Virus record (IMG/VR): IMGVR_UViG_3300042297_000545
Span: 1 to 36,241 of that record
Source of the DNA: a virus
Taxonomy: Duplodnaviria > Caudoviricetes
Strand: one strand, 5' to 3'
Length of the DNA: 36,241 bases
Below, piece by piece: positions 36,116-36,241 of this stretch. The notes beneath the pieces are model-generated. The model searched no databases and was not told the DNA's origin. It was given only the letters and a program-made list of their open reading frames with translations. Every line of letters begins with the position of its first letter. Position 1 is the first letter of the stretch. A program made the translations under genes and the position numbers.

Positions 36116-36241
36116 AGGCACGAATGGCGACCGAATAGTAACCGAACCAGCGACGAAAGGCGATCCGCGCATCGTACGCGGACGGCGTCAGCGCAGCGTC
36201 AGCGGTCAGCCAAACCGTTCCCGCATCCGCGCCGTGGCGAG
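36116..36241 (+). repeat. 126-bp terminal direct repeat, right copy
   Basis: Identical to 26-151. Confidence 0.95.

Overview
The window is an apparently complete, circularly assembled genome of a GC-rich temperate siphovirus of about 36,090 bp. Positions 26-151 are repeated exactly at 36116-36241. All credible genes are on the minus strand except one HTH repressor (35485-35892). In transcription order they are: an RHH protein in the Cro position, small early genes, a Redbeta/RecT-like annealase, xis, tyrosine integrase, candidate attP, small DNA-binding genes, DnaB-like helicase, replication initiator with internal iterons, RusA, a gpZ-like gene, cos-like region, lambda-type terminase, an HTH gene, gpW, lambda-type portal, fused protease-capsid, siphoviral tail, lysis cassette, a second fibre/lyase-like module, a metallophosphoesterase and an HExxH protein. 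The most unusual features are: (1) xis-int-attP lies in the middle of the early transcription unit, so integration would cut replication and late genes off from the early promoter; (2) two matched ~68-bp putative late-promoter cassettes precede the head and lysis operons, one directly behind an HTH gene; (3) many proteins end in Ala-Ala, resembling ClpXP degrons. Product calls come from motif recognition and gene order only; no database searches were run. The host cannot be determined from the sequence.
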